Source: Nitrospirota bacterium
GTDB taxonomy: Bacteria; Nitrospirota; 9FT-COMBO-42-15; HDB-SIOI813
DNA length: 32,555 bases
Reading direction: 5' to 3'
Assembly: GCA_016234155.1 (NCBI GenBank)
Contig: JACRGZ010000013.1
Location: 1-32,555, forward strand
Below, piece after piece: positions 22,157 to 30,535 of the stretch (position 1 is the stretch's first letter; the number at the start of each line of letters is the position of its first letter). The notes under the pieces were generated by a model. That model worked only from the letters and a program-made list of their open reading frames with translations. It did no database searches and was not told the DNA's origin. Position numbers and translations under genes: made by a program.

Positions 22157-24876
22157 AGTTATTTAATTTTCATGGGATCATCTGTGCAGTATTTGCAGCC
22201 TTATGTCTTTCTGCATGTTCTCCAAAGGTTCAACAGGTGGTAAGCAGTGCAGAGGTCATAGGGGCTGTACAGGCGACTGCTATCCCAAGGCTTACAAAAA
22301 TTGAAGTGGACGATTTACCGGCGAGCACGCAGATTCTATTAGAGGCGGAGGATGTTTTGAATTATACATCCTTTAATCTCTCCGATCCTCCAAGACTGAT
22401 TATTGATTTGGCGGATATCTCCCTGGGAGAGTTTAAGGAACCTATATCAGTAAATAAGGGGTCTGTTATAGATATCTACCCTATTGAGGCAGATACCCCC
22501 GGGAGGATTACAAGGCTGAATATAAAACTCGTCAGTGATTCCGTAGAATCACAGATTTTCAGAAAGGACGGCACGCTTGTAGTAGATATTCCGAAGATAC
22601 CCCCAACCCTGAAACAAGTTCAGGGCAGGCTCTATCCCTCCCCCCTTGAGGGGGAGGGCAAGGGTGGGGGGGGTAAGGAGGAAGAAGTTACAGCAGAGGC
22701 TTTTGCTGTAGAACCTATTGCGGAAGTACCGCCTGTTGCAGGACCACTTGCTATAGAACTGCCTGTTGCAGAGCCTCTTGCTGCAGAACCTCCTGTCGAA
22801 GTGCCGTCCGTTGAGGAACCTCCTATGGAAGTAACATCTGTTGCAGAACCTCCTGTGGAAGTGCCGCCTGCGGCAGAATCCTATGCAGCAGAGTCTCCTT
22901 TACCTGCTCCTGTTGCTGGAGTTCCTGTGTCTGGGATGGTGGGCAATGTCCGCCCTACACCTGAGGCTTCTGTGTCAGAGACGACTGCAGTGCCGGATAC
23001 GTCTACAGCAAAAGCTGCTGTCTCAGAAGCGGACACTCCTCCTATACAAAAGGAATTCAACATTGTTAAAGATGTAAAGAGCCTTTCATCTGATGATAAA
23101 GACAGCATTGTTATTACCGCTGATAAAGATATTAATGCAGAGACATTTATTGTTGAAGGCGGCAAGTTAGTAGTTGATATAAAAGATGCGACCCATTCGA
23201 TTTACCCATCTGAGAAACCTGTTGAAAGCAGTTTGATATCAAAGATCAGGATCGGACTTCACCCAGCGCCGGTCAACAAGGTAAGGGTTGTTGCTGACCT
23301 CAAAAGGGAGATAAGATACGATGTCAGCAGACATGGGAGCGGTTTGACCATAGATATTTTTCCAAAATCCGGAAAAATAACGCTAAAAAAACCTGATGAG
23401 AAAACCATGTCTGACATTACCGGGGCATCTGCTGAAACCCCTTTGCAAAAAGGGGACGCATCCGTCAGCGCTCCTCCCGCTGACACAAAGGAATCTCCCG
23501 CAACTGTGACACCTCCGCCGGCTCCGTTAGCAGCAGCAATGAACACGGATAAGGTCGTTTCTGAGGTGTCAACAACTGAAGTAAGAGAAGAAAAGCCGGC
23601 GCCGCCTCCTCAAGTTACCACTAATGTGCCGGAGAAAAAGAACGGCACATATGCCAGCAAGAAGGTATCCCTTGATTTTCAGGACGCGGACATAGTGAAT
23701 GTCCTGAGACTGCTTGCAGAGGTAAGCAGGTTAAATATGATCATAGGGGATAATGTCAAGGGGAGGATAACAATAAAGATGCTGGATGTGCCATGGGACC
23801 AGGCCCTTGATGTGATCTTGAAGATGAAAGGGCTTGGCAAGATATTTGAAAACAACGTTGTCAGGATAGACACCCTTGCTAATATTGCCCAGCAACAGGA
23901 GGAGGAGGCAAGGGCAAAAGAGGCAATGGTCAAGGCAGAGGATCTGGAGACAAAGATATTTCCTGTAAATTATGCGCGGGGAAAAGAAGTCGCTGAATCG
24001 GTCAGAAAGACCCTGAGCGCAAGGGGTGATATTACGGTAGACGACCGCACAAATACCCTGATTATAAAAGACGTTAAGGATAAACATGAAGAGATCAGCA
24101 GGCTTCTTAAGGCGCTTGACAGGCCAACCCCGCAGGTTTTGATTGAGGCGCGGATTGTTCAGGCAGACACGAATTTCGCAAAAGACCTTGGAATACAGTG
24201 GGGGGGTGACTATTCTTCAAATCCTGGCAGTTACAATATAGGCGTTATCGGCGGGCCCACAGGAACGGTGGGAGCTCCAACAACGGGATTTGTAGTTAAC
24301 CTTCCGGCGTCCGGTGTGGCAGGGGCTAAAGGCAGTCTTGGTTTTACAATAGGGAAGACGGTAGGGGATGCCTTTAATCTTGACTTAAGGCTTTCTGCCG
24401 GGGAGACAAAGGGGTTAACAAAGGTACTGTCAGCCCCCAAGATTGCCACCCTCGATAACAGGGAGGCTACAATCCAGCAGGGGGAATCAATCCCGTACAA
24501 GACTGTGTCACAGGGTGGGACAAAGACGGAGTTTATTGACGCCACCCTTACACTTAAGGTGACCCCGAAGGTCACCCCCGATGGCCATATTGCGATGAAT
24601 ATCAAGATAACCAAGAACCGCCAGGGCTCGATAGTGGTAGAAGGGACACCCAGCATAAACAAGAAAGAGGCCACAACAGAGGTTCTTGTGAAAGACGGTG
24701 AGACGACAGTGATCGGCGGTATTTACGAGATTTCAGATGTAGATAATCTCAGTGCAGTCCCATGGGTTCATCAGGTCCCGCTGCTTGGATGGCTTTTTAA
24801 GAGCACACAGAAGTCAAATATCAAGAGTGAACTCCTGATATTTATCACACCTAAGATCATTCCTGTGACTTTATGA
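22153..24876 (+). CDS. pilQ: Type IV pilus secretin PilQ with AMIN domains and a long Pro/Glu/Ala/Val-rich linker
   Basis: Lipoprotein-type signal (LCLSAC), AMIN-like modules (..PPRLIIDLADI.., ..KLVVDIKDA.., ..GLTIDIFP), and a secretin C-terminus (VPLLGWLFK....ELLIFITPKII). Confidence 0.9.
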   Translation: MKLFNFHGIICAVFAALCLSACSPKVQQVVSSAEVIGAVQATAIPRLTKIEVDDLPASTQILLEAEDVLNYTSFNLSDPPRLIIDLADISLGEFKEPISVNKGSVIDIYPIEADTPGRITRLNIKLVSDSVESQIFRKDGTLVVDIPKIPPTLKQVQGRLYPSPLEGEGKGGGGKEEEVTAEAFAVEPIAEVPPVAGPLAIELPVAEPLAAEPPVEVPSVEEPPMEVTSVAEPPVEVPPAAESYAAESPLPAPVAGVPVSGMVGNVRPTPEASVSETTAVPDTSTAKAAVSEADTPPIQKEFNIVKDVKSLSSDDKDSIVITADKDINAETFIVEGGKLVVDIKDATHSIYPSEKPVESSLISKIRIGLHPAPVNKVRVVADLKREIRYDVSRHGSGLTIDIFPKSGKITLKKPDEKTMSDITGASAETPLQKGDASVSAPPADTKESPATVTPPPAPLAAAMNTDKVVSEVSTTEVREEKPAPPPQVTTNVPEKKNGTYASKKVSLDFQDADIVNVLRLLAEVSRLNMIIGDNVKGRITIKMLDVPWDQALDVILKMKGLGKIFENNVVRIDTLANIAQQQEEEARAKEAMVKAEDLETKIFPVNYARGKEVAESVRKTLSARGDITVDDRTNTLIIKDVKDKHEEISRLLKALDRPTPQVLIEARIVQADTNFAKDLGIQWGGDYSSNPGSYNIGVIGGPTGTVGAPTTGFVVNLPASGVAGAKGSLGFTIGKTVGDAFNLDLRLSAGETKGLTKVLSAPKIATLDNREATIQQGESIPYKTVSQGGTKTEFIDATLTLKVTPKVTPDGHIAMNIKITKNRQGSIVVEGTPSINKKEATTEVLVKDGETTVIGGIYEISDVDNLSAVPWVHQVPLLGWLFKSTQKSNIKSELLIFITPKIIPVTL
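22607..22631 (+). repeat. R3 hairpin module, copy b (inside pilQ, fused to R1 copy 3)
   Basis: It is an identical 25-mer, translated in frame as TLKQVQGR. Confidence 0.9.
22637..22673 (+). repeat. R1 G/C-run hairpin module, copy 3 (inside pilQ)
   Basis: CCCTCCCCCC-TTGA-GGGGGAGGG-CAA-GGGTGGGGGGGG, translated in frame as PSPLEGEGKGGGG. Confidence 0.85.
22780..22869 (+). repeat. In-frame tandem 30-nt repeat x3 in the PilQ linker
   Basis: The three units are GCTGCAGAACCTCCTGTCGAAGTGCCGTCC, GTTGAGGAACCTCCTATGGAAGTAACATCT and GTTGCAGAACCTCCTGTGGAAGTGCCGCCT. Confidence 0.85.
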
Positions 24877-24974
24877 GGGGTAAATGAGTAAATGGGTAAA
24901 TGAGTGAATGAGTATATGAGTAAAACCACCCATTTTACCCATCTACTCATTTACCCATTCACTCATTCACTCAC
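24877..24974 (+). repeat. T3 hairpin, copy b; fills the whole pilQ-aroC intergenic space
   Basis: GGGGTAAATGAGTAAATGGGTAAATGAGTGAATGAGTATATGAGTAAAACC-ACCCATTTTACCCATCTACTCATTTACCCATTCACTCATTCACTCAC. Confidence 0.85.
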
Positions 24975-26138
24975 ATGATTAGCTTTCTTACAGCAGGAGA
25001 GTCCCACGGCCAGCTTCTCTTAGGCGTCATCGAAGGCATTCCTGCCGGTTTGGAACTTGCCAGTAATGACATAAACATAGATCTCTCCCGCAGGCAGATT
25101 GGTTACGGCCGCGGCGGGAGGATGCGGATTGAGAAGGATCTTGCAGAAATTACCTGCGGGGTCAGATGGGGCAAGACCATGGGGGGGCCGATAGGGCTTT
25201 TAATAAGGAATAAAGACTGGGTAAACTGGTCAGACAGTATGTCACCGGACTCGTCCCTGTCAGGCTGTATCCCGCCTGAGACAAGGCCAAGACCAGGCCA
25301 TGCCGACCTTTGCGGCATCATTAAATATTCTCATGACGATATCAGAAATGTGCTGGAGCGGGCGAGTGCAAGAGAGACTGCAATGAGGGTGGCCATCGGC
25401 GCCGTGGCAAAGAGGTTTTTAGCGGTATTTAGCATTGAGGTCTTAAGTCATGTTACAGAGATCGGGGGGGAGAAGGCAAAGCTTCTTAATCGTCAGCTTG
25501 ATTCTATCATTCAGGATGCAGAGAGGTCTGAGTTTCGGTGTGGTGATAAAAAGGCCGGGGCAAGGATGCGGAAAAAGATAGATGAGGCCAAGAAAAAGGG
25601 TGATTCAGTAGGGGGTATATTTGAGATAATTGCCACAAACGTCCCTGTTGGATTGGGGAGTTACTCACAGTGGGACAGGCGTTTTAATGCAAAACTTTCA
25701 TATGCGGTGATGAGTATACAGGCGATTAAAGGTGTGGAGATTGGGATTGGATTTGAGGCGGCAAGACGGTTTGGTTCGGAAGTCCATGATGCCATCTATT
25801 ATGATAAGGTCAGACGCAGGTTCTACAGAAAGACAAACAGGGCAGGCGGTATAGAAGGCGGCATAACTAACGGCGAAAATATAATAATTCGCGCTGCCAT
25901 GAAGCCTATAGCCACATTATATTCACCTTTAGATTCGGTTGATATAAAGACAAAGAAACCTTTTAAGGCGTCTGTTGAGCGCTCTGACATATGTGCAGTC
26001 CCTGCGGCAAGCGTAGTCGGTGAGGCGATGATTGCGGTAGAGATAGCTAATGCATTCATAGAGAAGTTCGGCGGCGATTCGATGACAGAGATAAAGAGAA
26101 ATTACGAAGGATACCTTGAGTATATAAAAGAGATTTAA
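24975..26138 (+). CDS. aroC: Chorismate synthase
   Basis: [27 protein letters not shown], and 387 aa. Confidence 0.9.
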   Translation: MISFLTAGESHGQLLLGVIEGIPAGLELASNDINIDLSRRQIGYGRGGRMRIEKDLAEITCGVRWGKTMGGPIGLLIRNKDWVNWSDSMSPDSSLSGCIPPETRPRPGHADLCGIIKYSHDDIRNVLERASARETAMRVAIGAVAKRFLAVFSIEVLSHVTEIGGEKAKLLNRQLDSIIQDAERSEFRCGDKKAGARMRKKIDEAKKKGDSVGGIFEIIATNVPVGLGSYSQWDRRFNAKLSYAVMSIQAIKGVEIGIGFEAARRFGSEVHDAIYYDKVRRRFYRKTNRAGGIEGGITNGENIIIRAAMKPIATLYSPLDSVDIKTKKPFKASVERSDICAVPAASVVGEAMIAVEIANAFIEKFGGDSMTEIKRNYEGYLEYIKEI

Positions 26139-26154
26139 GTTAATTTATTTTCAG

Positions 26155-26679
26155 ATGAAAAACATCGTACTGATCGGCTTCATGGGCAGCGGCAAGACAG
26201 AGGTGGGAAAGAGACTGGCTGAGAGGCTATCCTATACCTTTGTGGATACAGACAGACTGATAGAGGAAAAGAGAGGGAAAAGTGTTGCAGGTATATTCTG
26301 GGGAGAAGGAGAGTCTCGCTTCAGGGAGCTTGAGGTCTCAATAATAAGAGAGTTATCAATTAGAGCTTTATCAGTGGTAACAGGGCATGTAATATCCACC
26401 GGCGGCGGGATAGTTATAAGCAGTGATAATATCCGGAGTCTTAAAAAAATAGGATTACTTGTATGGCTTAAGGCATCTCCTGAGACTATCTATAGAAGAG
26501 TGAGTTCTGAGACACACAGGCCGCTATTAAATTTAGATGATCCGCTTGCAGAGATCAAAAGGCTCCTCTCTTTTCGCGAACAATTTTATTCGGAGGCTGA
26601 TATATCGGTTGACACTGATGGACTTGATGTGGATAAGATAGTTGATGTTATAATAAGAAGGGTAAGAAGTAAGAAGTAA
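26155..26679 (+). CDS. aroK: Shikimate kinase
   Basis: LIGFMGSGKTEVGKRLA Walker A, ~170 aa, located between aroC and aroB. Confidence 0.85.
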   Translation: MKNIVLIGFMGSGKTEVGKRLAERLSYTFVDTDRLIEEKRGKSVAGIFWGEGESRFRELEVSIIRELSIRALSVVTGHVISTGGGIVISSDNIRSLKKIGLLVWLKASPETIYRRVSSETHRPLLNLDDPLAEIKRLLSFREQFYSEADISVDTDGLDVDKIVDVIIRRVRSKK

Positions 26680-26703
26680 GACGTGAGACGTGAGACATGA
26701 GAA
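26662..26703 (+). repeat. Tandem heptamer array (GTAAGAA x2, GTAAGAC, GTGAGAC x2, ATGAGAA)
   Basis: Six contiguous 7-mers. The aroK stop TAA (26677-26679) lies in the third unit. The 17-mer 26688-26704 recurs at 28002-28018. Confidence 0.85.
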
Positions 26704-26708
26704 AGAAT

Positions 26709-26820
26709 CCCCTCCCCCTGTAAATTGCCCCCCACCCCCCGATAAATACTTCGGGGGCAAGCTTTATTCCTCCCCCCCCTTGTGGGGGGGGAGGATATGG
26801 AGGGGGGGGGAGGGTTAGAG
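26709..26820 (-). repeat. R2 composite G/C palindromic element, copy b (intergenic aroK-aroB, inverted relative to copy a)
   Basis: Its reverse complement aligns to 8455-8552 at roughly 90% identity by eye. It contains C8, G8 and G9 runs. Confidence 0.85.
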
Positions 26821-26850
26821 CCACCCCCTGCATGTATTAATCAGGGGGTG
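26821..26850. repeat. 10-bp-stem hairpin CCACCCCCTG / CAGGGGGTGG adjoining R2b
   Basis: Perfect inverted repeat with a 10-nt loop (CATGTATTAAT region). Confidence 0.7.
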
Positions 26851-26908
26851 GGGGTGGAAATGGCCCATTCAGCATAGAATGGGCTTATTTATTTTGCCCG
26901 GAGGTTTC

Positions 26909-28042
26909 ATGCGAAAAGTCAGGGTGGAGTTGGGCCAGAGGAGTTATGATATCTGCATAGGTCATAACATCCTGACTGGATTAGCAAGACACCTGAAAGG
27001 GCTTTCCGTAGGAAAAAAGGGGGCCATAATTACAAATCCCATTATAAAAAAGCCCTATGGTGATCCCATCCAGCAGCATTTAATAGACGAAGGTTTTTCT
27101 ATCACTACCATTGAACTTCCGGCGGGTGAACGATATAAAACACTCAGGTCTGTCGGCAAGATATATGACATTCTTATTGAAAAGAAGTTTGAACGGGATT
27201 CTTTTATCATAGCCCTCGGGGGCGGAGTGATAGGGGATATAGCAGGATTTGCAGCAGCGACTTATTTGCGGGGGATACCGTATATACAGGTCCCTACATC
27301 GTTAGTTGCGCAGGTAGACAGCAGTGTAGGCGGGAAGACAGGGGTGAATCATCCGCTCGGCAAGAACTTGATCGGGGCGTTCTATCAACCTATCCTTGTC
27401 TGGATTGATGTGGAGGTGTTGAAAACACTCCCACGCCGTGAGCTGATAGCGGGGATGGCGGAGGTGGTAAAATACGGCGTGATTGCAGATACCCGATTTT
27501 TTAATTTTATCGGGGAAAATTACAAAAATGTCCTTTCCCTTGAGCAGAAGGCCTTGATTCACACTGTGGCAAGATCTTGCGAGATAAAGGCTATGGTAGT
27601 CAGCGCTGATGAGAGGGAGAAGGGGCAAAGGGCTATCCTCAACTTCGGGCATACCATGGGACACGCCATAGAGACGGCAACGGATTACAGGAGATACAGG
27701 CATGGTGAGGCCGTAGCCATGGGGATGGCCTTCGCTGCAAGACTGGCTACTGTCCTGGGGATGTGCCATAAGGATGTGCTCAACTGGATAGAGAGGGTGT
27801 GCAGCTCTATAGGGCTAAGGACATCTTTGCCCGCGGCAGGGTTTGAAACACTCTGGGATATCCTTCAGAGGGATAAGAAGGTTATTAATGAAAGGCTCAG
27901 ATTTGTCCTTCCGGTGAGACTCGGAGAGGTAAAGATAGTAGATGGAATAGGCAGGGTGGTGTTGCAAAAGACAGTACAATCATGTTATAGTTCATACAAA
28001 AACGTGAGACATGAGAAAAGAGTATCAGGACATCATAAATGA
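26909..28042 (+). CDS. aroB: 3-dehydroquinate synthase
   Basis: GGGVIGDIAGFAAATYLRGI, VPTSLVAQVDSSVGGKTGVN, and GHTMGHAIE. ATG 26909 lies 5 nt after GGAGG. The track start 26879 has no SD. Confidence 0.9.
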   Translation: MRKVRVELGQRSYDICIGHNILTGLARHLKGLSVGKKGAIITNPIIKKPYGDPIQQHLIDEGFSITTIELPAGERYKTLRSVGKIYDILIEKKFERDSFIIALGGGVIGDIAGFAAATYLRGIPYIQVPTSLVAQVDSSVGGKTGVNHPLGKNLIGAFYQPILVWIDVEVLKTLPRRELIAGMAEVVKYGVIADTRFFNFIGENYKNVLSLEQKALIHTVARSCEIKAMVVSADEREKGQRAILNFGHTMGHAIETATDYRRYRHGEAVAMGMAFAARLATVLGMCHKDVLNWIERVCSSIGLRTSLPAAGFETLWDILQRDKKVINERLRFVLPVRLGEVKIVDGIGRVVLQKTVQSCYSSYKNVRHEKRVSGHHK

Positions 28043-29582
28043 ACTTAACTATAAGATAGCAGAGCTCTCGACCCTTTATGAGATAGCAAAGAGGCTGGGC
28101 TCTTCCCTTGACCTGAAGGTTACGCTCCCGTCCATCCTTGAAATCCTGTCTGAGAGTATGGGTATGCGCCGCGGCACATTGACATTGCTCGACCCTGAGA
28201 CAAAGCAGTTGTACATAGAGTTTGCCCACGGCCTTAGTGCGGAAGAAAAAAGGCGCGGCATATACAAGATAGGGGAAGGGGTCACAGGGAAAGTTGTAGA
28301 GACAGGAGAGCCTATTATAGTGCCGGATATCGGTAAAGAGCCTCTTTTTCTGAACAGGACAAGGTCGAGGGGGGACATTAAGAAAGAAAATATATCTTTC
28401 ATATCAGTGCCTGTAAAATCCAAGGGTGAGACTATGGGGGTACTCAGTGTGGACAGACTCTTTCCGGACAAGGCTGTCTCATTGGATGAGGATGTCAGGG
28501 TACTTACAGTAATGGCATCCCTGATAGGTCAGGCCATTACTATCGCGAGGATGGTTGAGTCTGAGAGAAGCAATCTGATCAAGGAGAAGATGACACTTCA
28601 GAGGGAGCTTAAATCCCCATACCGTTTTGCAAATATAGTCTTTGTGAGTGATAAGATGCGGGAGGTGCTTGATGCGGCGTGGAGGGTCAGCCAGAGCAAG
28701 GCTACAGTCCTCCTGAGGGGTGAGAGCGGAACAGGCAAGGAGTTAATTGCAAAGACGATACACTATCATAGTAAGCGCTGCGACAAACCTTTTATCAATG
28801 TGAACTGTGCGGCAATCCCGGAGACACTGATAGAAAGTGACCTCTTCGGACATGTAAAGGGGGCTTTTACAGGCGCCATACATGAGAAAAGGGGGAGGTT
28901 TGAGATGGCTGACGGCGGCACCTTATTCCTTGACGAGATTGGGGACATACCATTGACTACTCAGGTTAAACTCCTGCGGGTGCTTCAGGAGAGGAGGTTT
29001 GAGAGGGTTGGCGGCTCAAAGGGCATAACAGCGGATGTGCGCATAATTGCCGCTACCAACCTTAATTTAGAAGAGGCGGTAAGGGATGGCAAATTCCGTG
29101 AAGATCTATATTACAGGTTGAATGTGGTGCCGGTCAGGATACCGTCGCTTAGAGAAAGGAAAGAGGATATCCCGCCGCTTGTCGGCCATTTTCTTCAATT
29201 ATACAACGAGGAAAACGGGAGAGACGTCAAGATATCCAATGAGGCGCTTGACACCCTCCTCATGCATGACTGGCCGGGGAATGTGAGGGAGCTTGAAAAC
29301 TGTATAGAACGTATGATAGTCATGGCCAAAAATGACTTGATAATGACGGAGGATGTCCCAATTACTATAGAAGCAAGTCTCAAGACTAAAAACGCAGTTG
29401 AGGGTAGTATATATGGTCAGGCAAAGACCCTTGACAAGACTGTAGAAGAGATTGAAAAAGAAAAGATCTTTGATGCATTGAAGAGGGCCGGATATGTACA
29501 GGCAAAGGCTGCGAGACAGCTTGGCATTACTTCCAGGCAGATAGGTTATAAGATCAGGAAATATAGTATAGATATAGAGTAA
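28011..29582 (+). CDS. Sigma-54-dependent transcriptional activator with N-terminal GAF domain (NifA-like architecture)
   Basis: GAF-like N-terminus. The AAA+ core has [14 protein letters not shown], and RVGG/ESELFGH-type motifs. C-terminal Fis-type HTH ([18 protein letters not shown]). Confidence 0.9.
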   Translation: MRKEYQDIINELNYKIAELSTLYEIAKRLGSSLDLKVTLPSILEILSESMGMRRGTLTLLDPETKQLYIEFAHGLSAEEKRRGIYKIGEGVTGKVVETGEPIIVPDIGKEPLFLNRTRSRGDIKKENISFISVPVKSKGETMGVLSVDRLFPDKAVSLDEDVRVLTVMASLIGQAITIARMVESERSNLIKEKMTLQRELKSPYRFANIVFVSDKMREVLDAAWRVSQSKATVLLRGESGTGKELIAKTIHYHSKRCDKPFINVNCAAIPETLIESDLFGHVKGAFTGAIHEKRGRFEMADGGTLFLDEIGDIPLTTQVKLLRVLQERRFERVGGSKGITADVRIIAATNLNLEEAVRDGKFREDLYYRLNVVPVRIPSLRERKEDIPPLVGHFLQLYNEENGRDVKISNEALDTLLMHDWPGNVRELENCIERMIVMAKNDLIMTEDVPITIEASLKTKNAVEGSIYGQAKTLDKTVEEIEKEKIFDALKRAGYVQAKAARQLGITSRQIGYKIRKYSIDIE

Positions 29583-29591
29583 ATATTTTAC

Positions 29592-30482
29592 ATGATTCAA
29601 AGCATGACAGGATATGGCTCAGGTGACGGTGTATGCGGTGGAATAACATACAGGGTAGAGGTGCGTTCGGTCAACCACAGATATTGTGAAATAAACGTCA
29701 GACTGCCGGACTCCCTTGCAAGGTTAGAGCAGAGGATAAGGAATACTATTTCGGGCAGATTTTCCCGCGGCAAGTTTGACGTATATATTTCACAGGTGGA
29801 TATTTCGGCAAGGTATGCAGAGCCTGCATTAAATATAGCGGCAATAACACAATATCAGTCCATATTAAAAGAGCTGTCAGAATTTTTTAATGTCAACTTT
29901 AAGATAAAGGGGGAGATAGGCATTGCAGACATCCTGGCATTAAAAGAAATGATTGTAGTCCAGGGTGGGGACATTAACAGGCCTGAGCTTGATGAAATCC
30001 TGATGAAGATTGCCGGCAAGTCAGTTGACAACCTTATGAGGATGAGGCTTAAGGAGGGAGAGATAATATATAAAGACCTTAAACGGCGTGTTAACAGACT
30101 GGGGACTTTAACAAGGCATATAGAGAAACGTGTTCCGGCAGTTATACAGGGGATGAGAAGGCGGTACGTTGATAGGGTAAAAGAGCTGTCAGGAGGTCAA
30201 CAGGCAGACATGGACAGGTTATCTCAGGAGATTGCCGTTATGGTTGAACGGTTGGACATCACTGAGGAGATCGTGCGGGTAGGCAGTCACATAGTCCAGG
30301 TTAAAGAAAAACTTGATAATGGGATAGTGGTGGGGCGTACCATAGATTTCCTCCTTCAGGAGATTAACCGTGAGGTCAATACAATTGCCTCAAAGTCCTC
30401 TGACGTGAAGATCTCCCAGATTGCAGTTGACATGAAGGCCGAGATTGAGCGTATAAGGGAACAGGTGCAGAATGTGGAATAG
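29592..30482 (+). CDS. yicC: YicC-family stress-induced protein
   Basis: MIQSMTGYG N-terminus, a C-terminal EINREVNTI..K motif, and the conserved yicC-gmk-rpoZ neighbourhood. Confidence 0.85.
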   Translation: MIQSMTGYGSGDGVCGGITYRVEVRSVNHRYCEINVRLPDSLARLEQRIRNTISGRFSRGKFDVYISQVDISARYAEPALNIAAITQYQSILKELSEFFNVNFKIKGEIGIADILALKEMIVVQGGDINRPELDEILMKIAGKSVDNLMRMRLKEGEIIYKDLKRRVNRLGTLTRHIEKRVPAVIQGMRRRYVDRVKELSGGQQADMDRLSQEIAVMVERLDITEEIVRVGSHIVQVKEKLDNGIVVGRTIDFLLQEINREVNTIASKSSDVKISQIAVDMKAEIERIREQVQNVE

Positions 30483-30498
30483 ACACCTTCTTTTATTG

Positions 30499-30528
30499 TT
30501 GAGATTTTTTGACCGGATATTGTATACT
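30499..30528 (+). promoter_or_regulatory. Candidate sigma-70 promoter upstream of gmk
   Basis: TTGAGA (30499-30504), an 18-nt spacer, then TATACT (30523-30528). ATG 30536 follows about 8 nt later with no SD. Confidence 0.3.
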
Positions 30529-30535
30529 ATGCAAC

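Noticed and set aside
22841-24674. Several 78-147-aa ORFs overlapping pilQ on both strands
   Set aside because: They show no recognisable motifs and lie within a CDS with clear secretin and AMIN signatures. Open frames of this length are expected in Ala/Pro/Glu-rich sequence.
11154-24974. T-family hairpins as Rho-independent terminators
   Set aside because: None is followed by a U-tract. Several sit inside apparent operons (pilQ-aroC, mdh-fumarase, lptA-lptB) where termination would be counter-productive. They are left as structured repeats of unknown function.
26697-26723. Mini-ORF MRKNPLPL starting at the ATGAGAA heptamer unit downstream of aroK
   Set aside because: It is only 8 codons, lies within repeat DNA, and has no SD. 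It is noted only as the counterpart of the activator start motif.
26533-26833. Minus-strand ORFs 26533..26760 and 26648..26833 (PPKYLSGGGG.., PPPPYPPPPQGGGG)
   Set aside because: They are read-throughs of the R2b repeat and overlap the 3' end of aroK. The shared PPKYLSGGGG peptide with the fdhE-like insert simply reflects nucleotide identity of the repeat.
3778-30535. Track start codons at 3778 (TTG), 7945 (GTG), 12352 (TTG), 14004 (GTG), 26879 (ATG) and 30509 (TTG)
   Set aside because: Each is the first start after an upstream stop. Three of them (3778, 7945, 12352) lie inside repeat elements; 26879 lacks an SD, and 14004 and 30509 add N-terminal residues not expected from homologues. Downstream ATGs give N-termini matching family expectations, so those were used instead.
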